From Telmatocola sphagniphila (GTDB lineage: Bacteria; Planctomycetota; Planctomycetia; Gemmatales; Gemmataceae), in assembly GCF_018398935.1 (NCBI RefSeq), contig NZ_CP074694.1, positions 3,480,001 to 3,512,000 of the forward strand: a stretch of DNA of 32,000 bases, given 5' to 3'. The notes beneath the pieces were generated by a model that had not been told where the DNA came from, searched no databases, and saw only the letters and a program-made list of their open reading frames with translations. This document shows, piece after piece, positions 16,302-24,906 of this stretch. The translations under genes and the position numbers were made by a program. Positions within the stretch are counted from its first letter, which is position 1. Each line of letters starts with the position of its first letter.

Positions 16302-16520
16302 ATGGATATGATCTTGTCACCGCGAATTTCACAGAGCATTGCACACGAAGAGAGCCTATGTTCCGTGGAAGAATTTGTCATTGATGATCGGGAGCAACTG
16401 AGCCCAGCCGAGCTGGTGCAGCAAAAACTTCAGACGCTTTTGCCCAGCCGTTTAATACCGGTCAGTGCCTTACATATGGAACGAGTTGTGAATCGATTCA
16501 ACGGAAGATCCCGAAATTAA
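16302..16520 (+). CDS. hypothetical small protein (72 aa)
   Basis: The ORF is preceded by AGGAGG and by the sigma-54-like element. A second in-frame ATG lies at 16308. No family recognised. Confidence 0.4.
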   Translation: MDMILSPRISQSIAHEESLCSVEEFVIDDREQLSPAELVQQKLQTLLPSRLIPVSALHMERVVNRFNGRSRN

Positions 16521-16675
16521 GCCTCAGGTTGCGCGCCACGGATGGCCTATACATTTTTCTATTTTGCAAATCTCCACTCTTTCATATTTTTCGCAATAGT
16601 CCACTAATCACTTTTCCGCGGCATCCTTCTTGCGAGACTTCTAGCGACGGAATTACTCAACTAGGAGGCAGAAAA

Positions 16676-17581
16676 ATGCGATCGATATATATTTCAGGCT
16701 TAGCGGTATTAGCACTTACAGCTAACGCAACCGCTCAACGTGCCCCCGCTGGAGGTACCCCTCAGGCGCCCTCGGGTGGTAACACGACTCCCCAGACCCC
16801 TCAAGGAGGCAATAATCCGACCGCACCCGCGGGAGGCCAGAACCAACCGCAAAACCCAGGCACTAACCCGGGGACAGGAAACCAACAGAATCCCACTCAA
16901 AACCCCAATCAAAACCCGAAGCAAAATACCAATCCGCTACCGAACAATCAGAACTTTAATGCGCAACGGCCGTACAACTATCCGTTCTCGATTTACGGTA
17001 TGAACGGCGTTTCGAAGTCTTTGAACCTCACCCAGGCACAAATGGACCGGCTGAACTCGCTCACCCAGAACACTCAAAATCGATTCAACCGCGATTTCTC
17101 CGGACTGAGCAATTTGAATGAGACCGAGCGAGCCAACCGAATGAATGAACTCAATCGCCAATATCAATCCGCCTGGATGAGTGGCGCTCGAGATATTTTT
17201 AATCAGAATCAATTCAATCGCTATCAGCAATTACACTATCAATACGGAGGCTTCAATACCTTGAATGACCCGGATATTCAGACGAAACTTAATCTGACTG
17301 CGCAACAGAAAAACAATCTTTCGAACTCCATCGATTGGAGTCGCCAGCAATTGCAGGAGATTCAACGCGTGGGCCAAAGCAATCCGGATCGTGGAAATGT
17401 TATGTATAGGGAATATCAGTCACAGTATCAAAATCGATTGAATCAGTTTTTAACCCCCGAACAACAAAAAGTCTGGCAACAACTTGTTGGAGAAAGTTAT
17501 AACTTCCAACCGACTTTCAACAATACTAATCCCAATACGTCCCCGAATAACTCTAACAACTCTAATACGCCACCCAGGTAA
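16676..17581 (+). CDS. secreted Asn/Gln/Pro-rich protein with three LTXXQ-type motifs (CpxP/Spy-like helical repeats)
   Basis: The start is moved to ATG 16676, with AGGAGG at 16664-16669. This gives the signal peptide MRSIYISGLAVLALTANATA. The mature protein begins with a Pro/Gln/Asn/Gly tract. The helical region contains LNLTQAQMDRLNSL, LNLTAQQKNNLSNS and FLTPEQQKVWQQL. Confidence 0.75.
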   Translation: MRSIYISGLAVLALTANATAQRAPAGGTPQAPSGGNTTPQTPQGGNNPTAPAGGQNQPQNPGTNPGTGNQQNPTQNPNQNPKQNTNPLPNNQNFNAQRPYNYPFSIYGMNGVSKSLNLTQAQMDRLNSLTQNTQNRFNRDFSGLSNLNETERANRMNELNRQYQSAWMSGARDIFNQNQFNRYQQLHYQYGGFNTLNDPDIQTKLNLTAQQKNNLSNSIDWSRQQLQEIQRVGQSNPDRGNVMYREYQSQYQNRLNQFLTPEQQKVWQQLVGESYNFQPTFNNTNPNTSPNNSNNSNTPPR

Positions 17582-17598
17582 CTAATTATCAACATCTT

Positions 17599-17630
17599 GT
17601 CCGGACATTACAACTGTCCGGACTTTCTCA
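17599..17630 (+). terminator. candidate rho-independent terminator
   Basis: Two copies of the self-complementary octamer GTCCGGAC (17599-17606 and 17616-17623) can form an 8-bp stem with a 9-nt loop. A T-rich tail TTTCTCATCCATTTCTC follows. It lies 18 nt after the stop. Confidence 0.55.
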
Positions 17631-17718
17631 TCCATTTCTCGATACATACACCCATTCTCGGCATATTAGTTGCGATGCATTTTCCAATTGAGAAACTCAT
17701 TGGTTCAGGAGCCGAGTC

Positions 17719-18387
17719 GTGTACTCTCTATTACTAATTTCGCTGTTCAGTTTCGCTCAACAGGATGTTCAAATTTCCAAAACAGAAAAATATTATTTTG
17801 CGGTAATGTCCTGGGAATCGCAACCGTATGATCCGCTGAAAACCCATACCTTCGCTACGGTGATCCACATGAAGGACGGCAAGGCGGAACAGACGACGCT
17901 TTCCTGGTTTCCGGCTACCGAAGTAGTCCGACCCGTGCAAATACTTCCGGAAAAAGGAACTAATCTCAGTCTGGAAAAGTCCCTGGAATTTGCAACGCAA
18001 AACAAACTTCGAGTCAGTCTGTGGGGACCCTTCGAAGTCAGCGAAAAGTTCTATGACTCTTTCAAATTACATGTCGGTAAGTTTGATCGGGGAGAAGTCG
18101 CTTACCGCCCCTGCAGTGGAATTTCCGTGAATAAAGATTCCGTATTCGATTGCGCTCATGCGGTCGAGAATTTTTATCGAAAGGATCAATCTTTCATTGG
18201 ACCGATGGGTTTTGGAGACGAAGTTTCCGCAAGAATCGCAACGGAATTATCTGGCGAGTATCTCGACGGAAAGAAACCTCATCCGGAAGTGCTGGAAAAG
18301 CTCGGACTGGACAAATACCCGTTTACCAAAAAGGATTTAATCCTTCCGACGGCCGTCGGGGAAGATATTAAAAAGCCCCGCCCCTGA
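17719..18387 (+). CDS. hypothetical exported protein (222 aa)
   Basis: GTG start with AGGAG 7 nt upstream. The N-terminus YSLLLISLFSFAQQ is hydrophobic and signal-like. No family recognised. Confidence 0.6.
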   Translation: MYSLLLISLFSFAQQDVQISKTEKYYFAVMSWESQPYDPLKTHTFATVIHMKDGKAEQTTLSWFPATEVVRPVQILPEKGTNLSLEKSLEFATQNKLRVSLWGPFEVSEKFYDSFKLHVGKFDRGEVAYRPCSGISVNKDSVFDCAHAVENFYRKDQSFIGPMGFGDEVSARIATELSGEYLDGKKPHPEVLEKLGLDKYPFTKKDLILPTAVGEDIKKPRP

Positions 18388-18399
18388 GAAGCGCATAGA

Positions 18400-18427
18400 A
18401 GAGGCCTCGGCAAACGCCGAGGCCTCT
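18400..18427. terminator. GC-rich perfect hairpin between convergent genes
   Basis: AGAGGCCTCGGC / GCCGAGGCCTCT forms a 12-bp perfect stem with the 4-nt loop AAAC. It lies between the stops at 18387 (+) and 18449 (-). There is no U-tract on either side. Confidence 0.55.
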
Positions 18428-18448
18428 GTGCCAATGATTCATCAGAAA

Positions 18449-19789
18449 TTAAACCAACTCTCGAATCACCTGACTTTCGACAATATGCGTTGGCCGACCG
18501 GTGGGATCGAGCACCATGGTGCTATCCGGATCGATACCGATGGCCTTGTAAATTGTCGCGAATACTTCGCTATGCGTGACGGGACGATCTTTAGCGTTTT
18601 CACCGAGGCGATCCGTGGAACCGACTACTTGTCCGGTCCGTAAAGCCCCTCCCGCGAGAATAGCACTACAAACCTGCGGCCAGTGGTCGCGTCCCGCTTC
18701 CTTATTGATGCGCGGCGTTCTGCCCATTTCTCCCCAGGCAATCACTACCACATCATTCAGCATGCCACGCTGCTTCAAATCATCGGTCAGGGCCGACAGA
18801 GCTTGATCCAGCTTTCGACCATGATCTCGGACCAGGTCGAAGTTCTTGCTATGACTATCCCAGCGACCAAAAGACAGGGTCACGCAGCGGACGCCTGCTT
18901 CCACGAGTCGTCGGGCCAGCAGAACCTGGTCGTTCACCGTAGGGGCGCCATCGTATTGGAACTGGTAAGGTTTTCCGTCCCCGTATCGCTTGCGCGAGGA
19001 TTCGGGTTCCTTGCTGAGATCCAGCGCATCCAATAGCTTGCTCGAGGTCAGCACATTCAGCGCTCTTTCGCTGGCGGCGTCCATCCCCCGGATGTTTCCA
19101 CTGGCATCGATTTCGCGACGAAGATTGTCAAACGAAGTTAACAGTTCCTTGCGATCACCCAAGGATTGCTGATTGATCGTCGACAGTTTCATGTTCGCCA
19201 GGTCGGGCCCTTCCGGCTTGAAAGCGGCATACGGTGCCCCTAGGAAACCGGGACCGCCGCAATCCGACCAGGGAAGGTGAGCCGTCTTCGCGGCCAAACC
19301 GACGAAAGGAGGCACGCTCGGATCTCCCGGGCCTAGCACTTTGGACAATAAGGATCCCATGCTCGGCCATCCGCCGATATTGGCGTTTGCTCGAGGAGGT
19401 TTGCCCGTGGTGCACTGAATGGCGTCGTGTCCCCCGGTCGAACCGACGATCGAGCGAATAATCGCATAATCGTTCATTCGCTTGGCAATTTCGGGAAAAC
19501 ACTCGCCGATCTGGATGCCATTCACGGCCGTACTGATCGGTTTGAATTCTCCGCGAATCTCGCTGGGAGCTTCTGGCTTTAAATCGAACGTGTCCTGATG
19601 GGGTGGACCGCCGCCCAGGAAAATATTGATTACGGCTTTGGGTGAAGTCTGCTTTTGGCTGGCCTCAGCACGGAAAATATCCGCCAAGGTCAGATTTGTA
19701 GCACCAAAGGCAAACGCACCAATTTTCAGGAAGGATCTACGATTAACGCCATCGCAATATTTCTGCGGAGAACCGAATAGCGTAAGCAT
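18449..19789 (-). CDS. DUF1501 domain-containing protein (sulfatase-like fold) with Tat-type signal
   Basis: 446 aa. The N-terminus CDGVNRRSFLKIGAFAFGATNL is the typical DUF1501 twin-arginine leader. The C-terminal conserved GRTPRIN...GRDHW motif is present. The RBS is AAGGGGA. Confidence 0.9.
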   Translation of the reverse strand: MLTLFGSPQKYCDGVNRRSFLKIGAFAFGATNLTLADIFRAEASQKQTSPKAVINIFLGGGPPHQDTFDLKPEAPSEIRGEFKPISTAVNGIQIGECFPEIAKRMNDYAIIRSIVGSTGGHDAIQCTTGKPPRANANIGGWPSMGSLLSKVLGPGDPSVPPFVGLAAKTAHLPWSDCGGPGFLGAPYAAFKPEGPDLANMKLSTINQQSLGDRKELLTSFDNLRREIDASGNIRGMDAASERALNVLTSSKLLDALDLSKEPESSRKRYGDGKPYQFQYDGAPTVNDQVLLARRLVEAGVRCVTLSFGRWDSHSKNFDLVRDHGRKLDQALSALTDDLKQRGMLNDVVVIAWGEMGRTPRINKEAGRDHWPQVCSAILAGGALRTGQVVGSTDRLGENAKDRPVTHSEVFATIYKAIGIDPDSTMVLDPTGRPTHIVESQVIRELV

Positions 19790-19930
19790 ATTATCCCCTT
19801 GTAGAGTAAAGGGACGGTGGGAATTAACTTATGTATTTATAACTAACCGAACGAAATCGATCAAGGAGAATCCCGGGCAGGCGATCTTTTTACCGGGATC
19901 ATGGCTAATTGTCGGCGAGCTACTATCCAA

Positions 19931-21802
19931 TTATACACTGGCGGGCGCTATCAGCTCATTAATCCGGCGTAGAAATCCTGTGAGATCCTTCAGTTTCGAC
20001 CCCTCTGCCAGCACGGCCTGATCGTACAGCAACCGGATCGTATCCTCCACTTTAGGATCGCTTGGATTGGCCGCGTAGACATTCTGCAGTTTTTTCACCA
20101 CAGCATGATTGGGGTTCAACTCAAATATCCGCTTGGTGTTCAGTTCCCCATCCCCAATCCTACCCATTCGCTGCAGCAGCCTTTCGCGATTGGCAGTCAG
20201 CGCTCCGGCATCGGCAACGAGACAGGAGGCCGATTCGGAGAGGCGATTGGACAGACGCACATCCGAAATCTCGGCGACCTTTTCCTTGATCGTCTTGAAC
20301 AGATCCTGGAAAGCGGCGGCGTCGGGTGCCGGTTCGTCGAGGTCTGGTAGAGTTCCCTGATCGACCGCCACCATTTTCTTACCTTTGAACTCGGTCAAAT
20401 AGGTGATCATGTACTCGTCCATGTTGTTCGTCATCAACAGGACGTCGTAGCCTTTCTTTTTGAAGGCTTCGAGGAGAGGAGATTGAGCAAGAAACTCTCG
20501 AGTTTCACCGACCAGATAGTAAATGTCCTTCTGCGATTCCGGCATCTTGGAGACATAATCGCTCAGGGAAGTCAATTCGCCCGCCGGGGTATTCAAACTT
20601 TCGATCAAGAGCAGATCAGCCAGTTTTTCCTTGTTCGTCCAATCGTTGGCAATCCCCTCCTTGAGGAAGTCGCCGAACTGCTTGAAGAAGGGAATGTATT
20701 TATCCTTCTGGGTATTCTTCATACCCTCCAGTTCTTCGAGGATATGACGCACCAACCCCTTCTGCATCTTGTCCAGCACGGCGTTCTGCTGCAGCATTTC
20801 TCGAGAGATGTTCAAGGGCAAGTCGCCCGAATCGACGATTCCACGCACAAACCGCAGATAAGGAGGCAGCAACCCTTCGCACGAATCCATGATCAGGACG
20901 CGTTGAATGTAAAGTTGAACGCCTTTGGGTTCTTCCCATTGATAGGTCAAAGGCCGCTTGGCGGGAATGAACAACAGCACCTTGTATTGAAGGTTGCCTT
21001 CCACGTTGTAGTGGAGCACGCTCAGCGGTTTTTCGAAATCGCCGCTGATATTCTGGTAGAAGCTGTTGTATTCCTCTTCTTGAACTTCGTTTTTCGACTT
21101 CAACCAGAGTGCCGTGCGCGAATTTAGAGTCTCCTCTACCGGGCCCTTGTTTTCTTCCTGCTCGGCGAACAAAACGACTGGGAATTCGACGAAATCCGAG
21201 AATTTCTTCACCAGAGCGCTGATGCGATAAGGTTCGAGATACTCCAGGGCATCTTCCTTCAGATACAGAATGACGTCCGTACCCCGCTTGTCGCGAATCG
21301 TCGGTTCCACACTGAAGGTGCCCTGGCCGTCCGATTCCCAGCGTACCGCGTCTTTTTCTCCGGCCGCCCGGCTGAGAACGACCACTTTATCGGCAACCAT
21401 GAACGAAGAATAGAAACCGACGCCGAACTGGCCGATGAGATCCGGCTTGCTGGAGGCATTCTGAGATTTCAGCGCTTCGATGAAGCCCCGGGTCCCCGAT
21501 TTAGCGATAGTTCCGAGGTGTTCGACAATCGTTTCCCGGTTCATACCGACGCCGTTGTCGGAAATCGTCAGCGTTTTGGCGGCTTTATCGGGTGTAATCG
21601 TGATTTTCCAGTCCCGGTCGCCTTCCAGGAGGTCTTCCTTGCTCAGAGAATCGAAGCGGAGCTTGTTGATGGCATCGCTGGCGTTCGAGATCAATTCCCG
21701 GATGAAGATTTCCCGGTTGGAATAGAGCGAATGTGTAATCAGATGAAGCAGTTGTTTTAATTCTGTCTTGAATTCCATGCTGGATTTGGCTTCTGCAGTC
21801 AT
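19931..21802 (-). CDS. htpG: molecular chaperone HtpG (Hsp90)
   Basis: N-terminal GHKL motif LLHLITHSLYSNREIFIRELISNASDA, then GQFGVGFYS. The middle and C-terminal domains are of typical length. The start is chosen at ATG 21800-21802 (MTAEAK...); the ORF extends to 21874. Confidence 0.93.
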   Translation of the reverse strand: MTAEAKSSMEFKTELKQLLHLITHSLYSNREIFIRELISNASDAINKLRFDSLSKEDLLEGDRDWKITITPDKAAKTLTISDNGVGMNRETIVEHLGTIAKSGTRGFIEALKSQNASSKPDLIGQFGVGFYSSFMVADKVVVLSRAAGEKDAVRWESDGQGTFSVEPTIRDKRGTDVILYLKEDALEYLEPYRISALVKKFSDFVEFPVVLFAEQEENKGPVEETLNSRTALWLKSKNEVQEEEYNSFYQNISGDFEKPLSVLHYNVEGNLQYKVLLFIPAKRPLTYQWEEPKGVQLYIQRVLIMDSCEGLLPPYLRFVRGIVDSGDLPLNISREMLQQNAVLDKMQKGLVRHILEELEGMKNTQKDKYIPFFKQFGDFLKEGIANDWTNKEKLADLLLIESLNTPAGELTSLSDYVSKMPESQKDIYYLVGETREFLAQSPLLEAFKKKGYDVLLMTNNMDEYMITYLTEFKGKKMVAVDQGTLPDLDEPAPDAAAFQDLFKTIKEKVAEISDVRLSNRLSESASCLVADAGALTANRERLLQRMGRIGDGELNTKRIFELNPNHAVVKKLQNVYAANPSDPKVEDTIRLLYDQAVLAEGSKLKDLTGFLRRINELIAPASV

Positions 21803-21946
21803 CGGTACGCGATCTCCCATCCAAAAAGGGTCGGAATACTTGTAACTCGTGTCAGGAACAACAAAACTATTCAATTCTCGTGCCGGGACTGGACGATGCC
21901 CTACGGAATACCCTAAAAAAATAGTAACTTAAAGCGAGAGGTAGCC

Positions 21947-22099
21947 ATGCAAGTCGATATTAATGAAGTGACTGATCCCGATTTCAAGCCCGTTTCAACC
22001 TCCACTGCCCTTTTACTGTGGTTTTTCGTCTGTGTCGGGCTGCCGTTCATGATTTTGTCTGCATTCTGGGCCAACGGCTTCCTCGGATTCAAACTGTAA
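21947..22099 (+). CDS. candidate small membrane protein (50 aa), not in the ORF track
   Basis: My translation is MQVDINEVTDPDFKPVSTSTALLLWFFVCVGLPFMILSAFWANGFLGFKL. GAGAGG lies 5 nt upstream of the ATG. It has one clear hydrophobic helix. It lies in the divergent htpG/hydrolase intergenic region. Confidence 0.35.
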   Translation: MQVDINEVTDPDFKPVSTSTALLLWFFVCVGLPFMILSAFWANGFLGFKL

Positions 22100-22220
22100 T
22101 TCGGCGTTGTTATAGACTTCGGGTCGCTCCGTACGGGTCCGTTTAAACCGGTGCGACCTGAAAACAATTTTAAAATTTTCGCTCCCCCTGAAATTATTCA
22201 CTCCGTCATCGCGGCAACTT

Positions 22221-22235
22221 CTGCCAACTTGGCAG
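22221..22235. promoter_or_regulatory. perfect 7-1-7 palindrome, operator-like
   Basis: CTGCCAA-C-TTGGCAG, located 56 nt upstream of the hydrolase start codon. Confidence 0.3.
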
Positions 22236-22290
22236 TCTTGAACTGTCACTTTTCTGTTGCGTGGGAGTGGTTTTACTTTAAGATGGAGCG

Positions 22291-23052
22291 ATGAACTCCC
22301 TCCTTTTTCTCGTTAGCGGCTTAACACTCTTTATGACCTCCGATAATTCGCTGCTGGAGAAGCTGCGCTACGATAGCACCGCGCACAAAACGCTTCCCTA
22401 CAGATTCCTGAAACCGGCCCAGATCGAACAGGGCAAGAAGTACCCCCTGGTGATTTTTCTGCACGGGGCTGGGGAGCGCGGCACGGATAACGAAGCTCAG
22501 TTGAAACATGGGATTTCCAACTTTACCAGCAAGGAGAACCGGGAGAAACATCCTTGTTTCCTGATTGCCCCGCAGTGCCCGGAGGCTCGAAAATGGGTGG
22601 AAGTGGACTGGTCGGCCCGTACGCATCTGATGCCAGCGGAGCCGTCCGAACCGATGGGGGCTCTGTTGGAATTGATCGAAAAGACCATGAAGGATTATCC
22701 GATCGATCCCGAGCGCGTCTACGTCACCGGATTATCCATGGGCGGCTACGGCACCTGGGATCTGATGGCCCGACGACCGAAATTGATCGCGGCGGCGATA
22801 CCGGTCTGCGGCGGAGCCGATGAGCATACTGCCGAGAAAATCCAACATATTCCCGTCTGGGTATTTCATGGGGATCAGGATACGGCGGTAGCTCCCCAAA
22901 GATCCCGAAATATGGTGGCGGCTTTGAAAAAGGCCGGTGGATCTCCAAAGTATACGGAGTATAAAGGGGTCGGCCACGATTCCTGGACCGCCACTTACAA
23001 TAACGCCGACGTGATGCAATGGCTTTTCGCCCAGAAGAACTCCCCCAAATAA
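22291..23052 (+). CDS. alpha/beta hydrolase (phospholipase/carboxylesterase-type esterase), probably exported
   Basis: 253 aa. Nucleophile elbow GLSMGGYG, with HGDQD and GVGHDSW as acid/His candidates. The oxyanion region is LVIFLHGAGERG. The N-terminus is hydrophobic. Confidence 0.85.
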   Translation: MNSLLFLVSGLTLFMTSDNSLLEKLRYDSTAHKTLPYRFLKPAQIEQGKKYPLVIFLHGAGERGTDNEAQLKHGISNFTSKENREKHPCFLIAPQCPEARKWVEVDWSARTHLMPAEPSEPMGALLELIEKTMKDYPIDPERVYVTGLSMGGYGTWDLMARRPKLIAAAIPVCGGADEHTAEKIQHIPVWVFHGDQDTAVAPQRSRNMVAALKKAGGSPKYTEYKGVGHDSWTATYNNADVMQWLFAQKNSPK

Positions 23053-23060
23053 ACCACCCT

Positions 23061-24539
23061 ATGCTGGCAGAACTGAAGCTGCTTATCACTGCGGGTAATC
23101 CGATCATTACCATCGATACGCGTGAGGAGGAGCGGGCCGCCCAGATCGTCCGTAAAGTCGCCGAGGAGCTTTGCTTTCCCCTTTTCGAATGGGCGATCAC
23201 CCGCGGCCTGCAACGCACCATCCCCACTGTCACGGAAACCGGAATCAAGCCCGGCAAAGCGCCGCCCGCCCTCGAATACATTCTCGACAATAAAGGGAAT
23301 CGAGAGATTTATCTCTTTTACGAGTTGGCCGCCCACACCCGCGATCCCATCGTCGCGCGGCAGTTGCAGGAGATTTATAACCGATCGACCACGACGCTGA
23401 TTCTTATCAATCGAGAATCCCTGCCCGAGACGATCAATCGAATGACTGTGCCGGTCACCTTGAAGCTGCCAGACGCCGGGGAGGTCGAGTTCTTAGTCAA
23501 AGAAACCTATCGTTCGCTGAAAGAAACCAGCTATGTGGAGATCTCTTCCTCGCTGACCAAGCGGGAAATGGAGCAATTGGTGCAGTCTCTTCGAGGACTG
23601 ACCACTCTGGAGATCAATCGCATAATCCGGGCCTCCATTCTCGAAGACTACGCACTTTCCAGCGAAGATCTGCCACGAGTTGTAGAGATGAAGCGAAACC
23701 TGCTGAAATCGGCGGGTTGCCTGGAATCGATCGGCGTGAATTTTGCCCCCGAAGATATCGGCGGTTTAGCGTCTCTCAAAAAGTGGTTGAGCCGGCGGCG
23801 TGGCGGGATGTCTTCGAAAGCCAGAGCTTTCGGGCTCGATCCGCCGCGCGGCATCCTGCTGCTAGGTGTTCAAGGCTGCGGTAAAAGTCTCTGCGCGAAG
23901 ATCGTCGCCGCCGACTGGGGCATGCCGCTGCTCCGCATGGATCCGGGGGTTTTGTATCAGAAATTTATCGGGGAATCGGAGAATCGGTTGCGGGAAGCCC
24001 TGGCCCAGGCCGAATCGATGGCTCCGGTAATTCTCTGGATCGACGAAATCGAGAAAGCTTTCGCCTCCTCTTCCAGCAGTTCTGCAGATGGCGGTCTATC
24101 GCAGCGGATGTTCGGCACGCTGTTGACCTGGATGCAGGATCACCGCAGCCCCATCTTCATGGTAGCCACGGCGAACAACATCTCCGCTCTGCCGCCGGAA
24201 TTGATGCGCAAAGGCCGTTTTGATGAGATTTTCTTCGTCGATCTCCCAAACGATGCTGTCCGGCGGGACATCTGGAAAATTCACCTGCAGCGCCGCCAAC
24301 GCGACCCGAAATCGTTTAATCTCGAAAGACTGGCCGCGAAAAGCGAAGGCTTCAGTGGAGCCGAAATCGAACAGGCAGTTATCAGCGGCATGTTCGTGGC
24401 GTTCGCCGAGCGTTGCGAACTCTCCGATGACTTACTGATCAAGGAAATTGAGACGACCCGGCCCTTGTACAAGATGATGAGCGGAAAAATCAACAAGCTC
24501 CGCCGCTGGGCGAAAAACCGCTGCGTCTCGGCAGAATGA
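23061..24539 (+). CDS. AAA+ family ATPase with a ~240-aa N-terminal non-canonical domain
   Basis: Walker A GVQGCGKS, Walker [10 protein letters not shown] and a second region of homology [20 protein letters not shown]. The C-terminal helical lid carries GFSGAEIEQ. The start is chosen at ATG 23061, 8 nt after the hydrolase stop; an alternative ATG lies at 23019. Confidence 0.88.
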   Translation: MLAELKLLITAGNPIITIDTREEERAAQIVRKVAEELCFPLFEWAITRGLQRTIPTVTETGIKPGKAPPALEYILDNKGNREIYLFYELAAHTRDPIVARQLQEIYNRSTTTLILINRESLPETINRMTVPVTLKLPDAGEVEFLVKETYRSLKETSYVEISSSLTKREMEQLVQSLRGLTTLEINRIIRASILEDYALSSEDLPRVVEMKRNLLKSAGCLESIGVNFAPEDIGGLASLKKWLSRRRGGMSSKARAFGLDPPRGILLLGVQGCGKSLCAKIVAADWGMPLLRMDPGVLYQKFIGESENRLREALAQAESMAPVILWIDEIEKAFASSSSSSADGGLSQRMFGTLLTWMQDHRSPIFMVATANNISALPPELMRKGRFDEIFFVDLPNDAVRRDIWKIHLQRRQRDPKSFNLERLAAKSEGFSGAEIEQAVISGMFVAFAERCELSDDLLIKEIETTRPLYKMMSGKINKLRRWAKNRCVSAE

Positions 24540-24706
24540 CTCCCGTTTGATCTTTCGATCGTATTCCTTTCGAATGAACCAGTTCTTCCAGTTGTAGTGC
24601 TCAAATCGACTGCATAAACCTGTCGGATTTCGCGGATTCCAATTGCTAAAACGACACAGATTACACAGAATAGGCAGTTCTCGCGGACTTTAGAGTTTGA
24701 CTAACT

Positions 24707-24733
24707 GAAAAACGCGGAATTTCCGCTCTTTTT
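24707..24733. terminator. weak hairpin flanked by A5 and T5
   Basis: AAAAACGCGGAATTTCCGCTCTTTTT. Only a 4-6-bp stem is possible. It lies ~170 nt after the ATPase stop. Confidence 0.25.
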
Positions 24734-24906
24734 CACTAAGGCGAAACTTATTTTCAGTCCCGAATCAGCCGCTTTGAGATCCGGCAGAAGTTATTTGCGG
24801 CTGCAATAAATGGAATAGTAATTCTGGCGAATGAATCGGTAAACGCAGTACAATCGTCAAAATCGATATCTATTGCGCTACTGCGATTCTAGTGAGATCT
24901 GCATCT

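Noticed and set aside
16529-16675. N-terminal 49-aa extension of the LTXXQ protein ORF
   Set aside because: The internal ATG at 16676 has a perfect AGGAGG RBS and yields a canonical signal peptide. The extension is not signal-like and would bury that peptide.
20483-21127. 214-aa plus-strand ORF
   Set aside because: It lies wholly inside and antisense to htpG, whose frame is strongly supported by Hsp90 motifs.
22229-22246. TTGGCAGTCTTGAAC as a sigma-54 promoter
   Set aside because: The GG-to-GC spacing is wrong, with no GC at the -12 position. The TGGCAG is better explained as half of the perfect palindrome at 22221-22235.
22724-23290. 188-aa minus-strand ORF spanning the hydrolase/ATPase junction
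   Set aside because: It is antisense to two well-supported genes. The sequence is Arg/Ser/Pro-rich, as expected from an antisense reading.
24540-24906. Looked for a c-di-GMP riboswitch or another structured leader upstream of the PilZ-containing synthase gene
   Set aside because: I could find no recognisable GEMM-type conserved segments or strong nested helices by eye. Only a weak hairpin is present at 24707-24733. A covariance-model scan would be needed to exclude a riboswitch.
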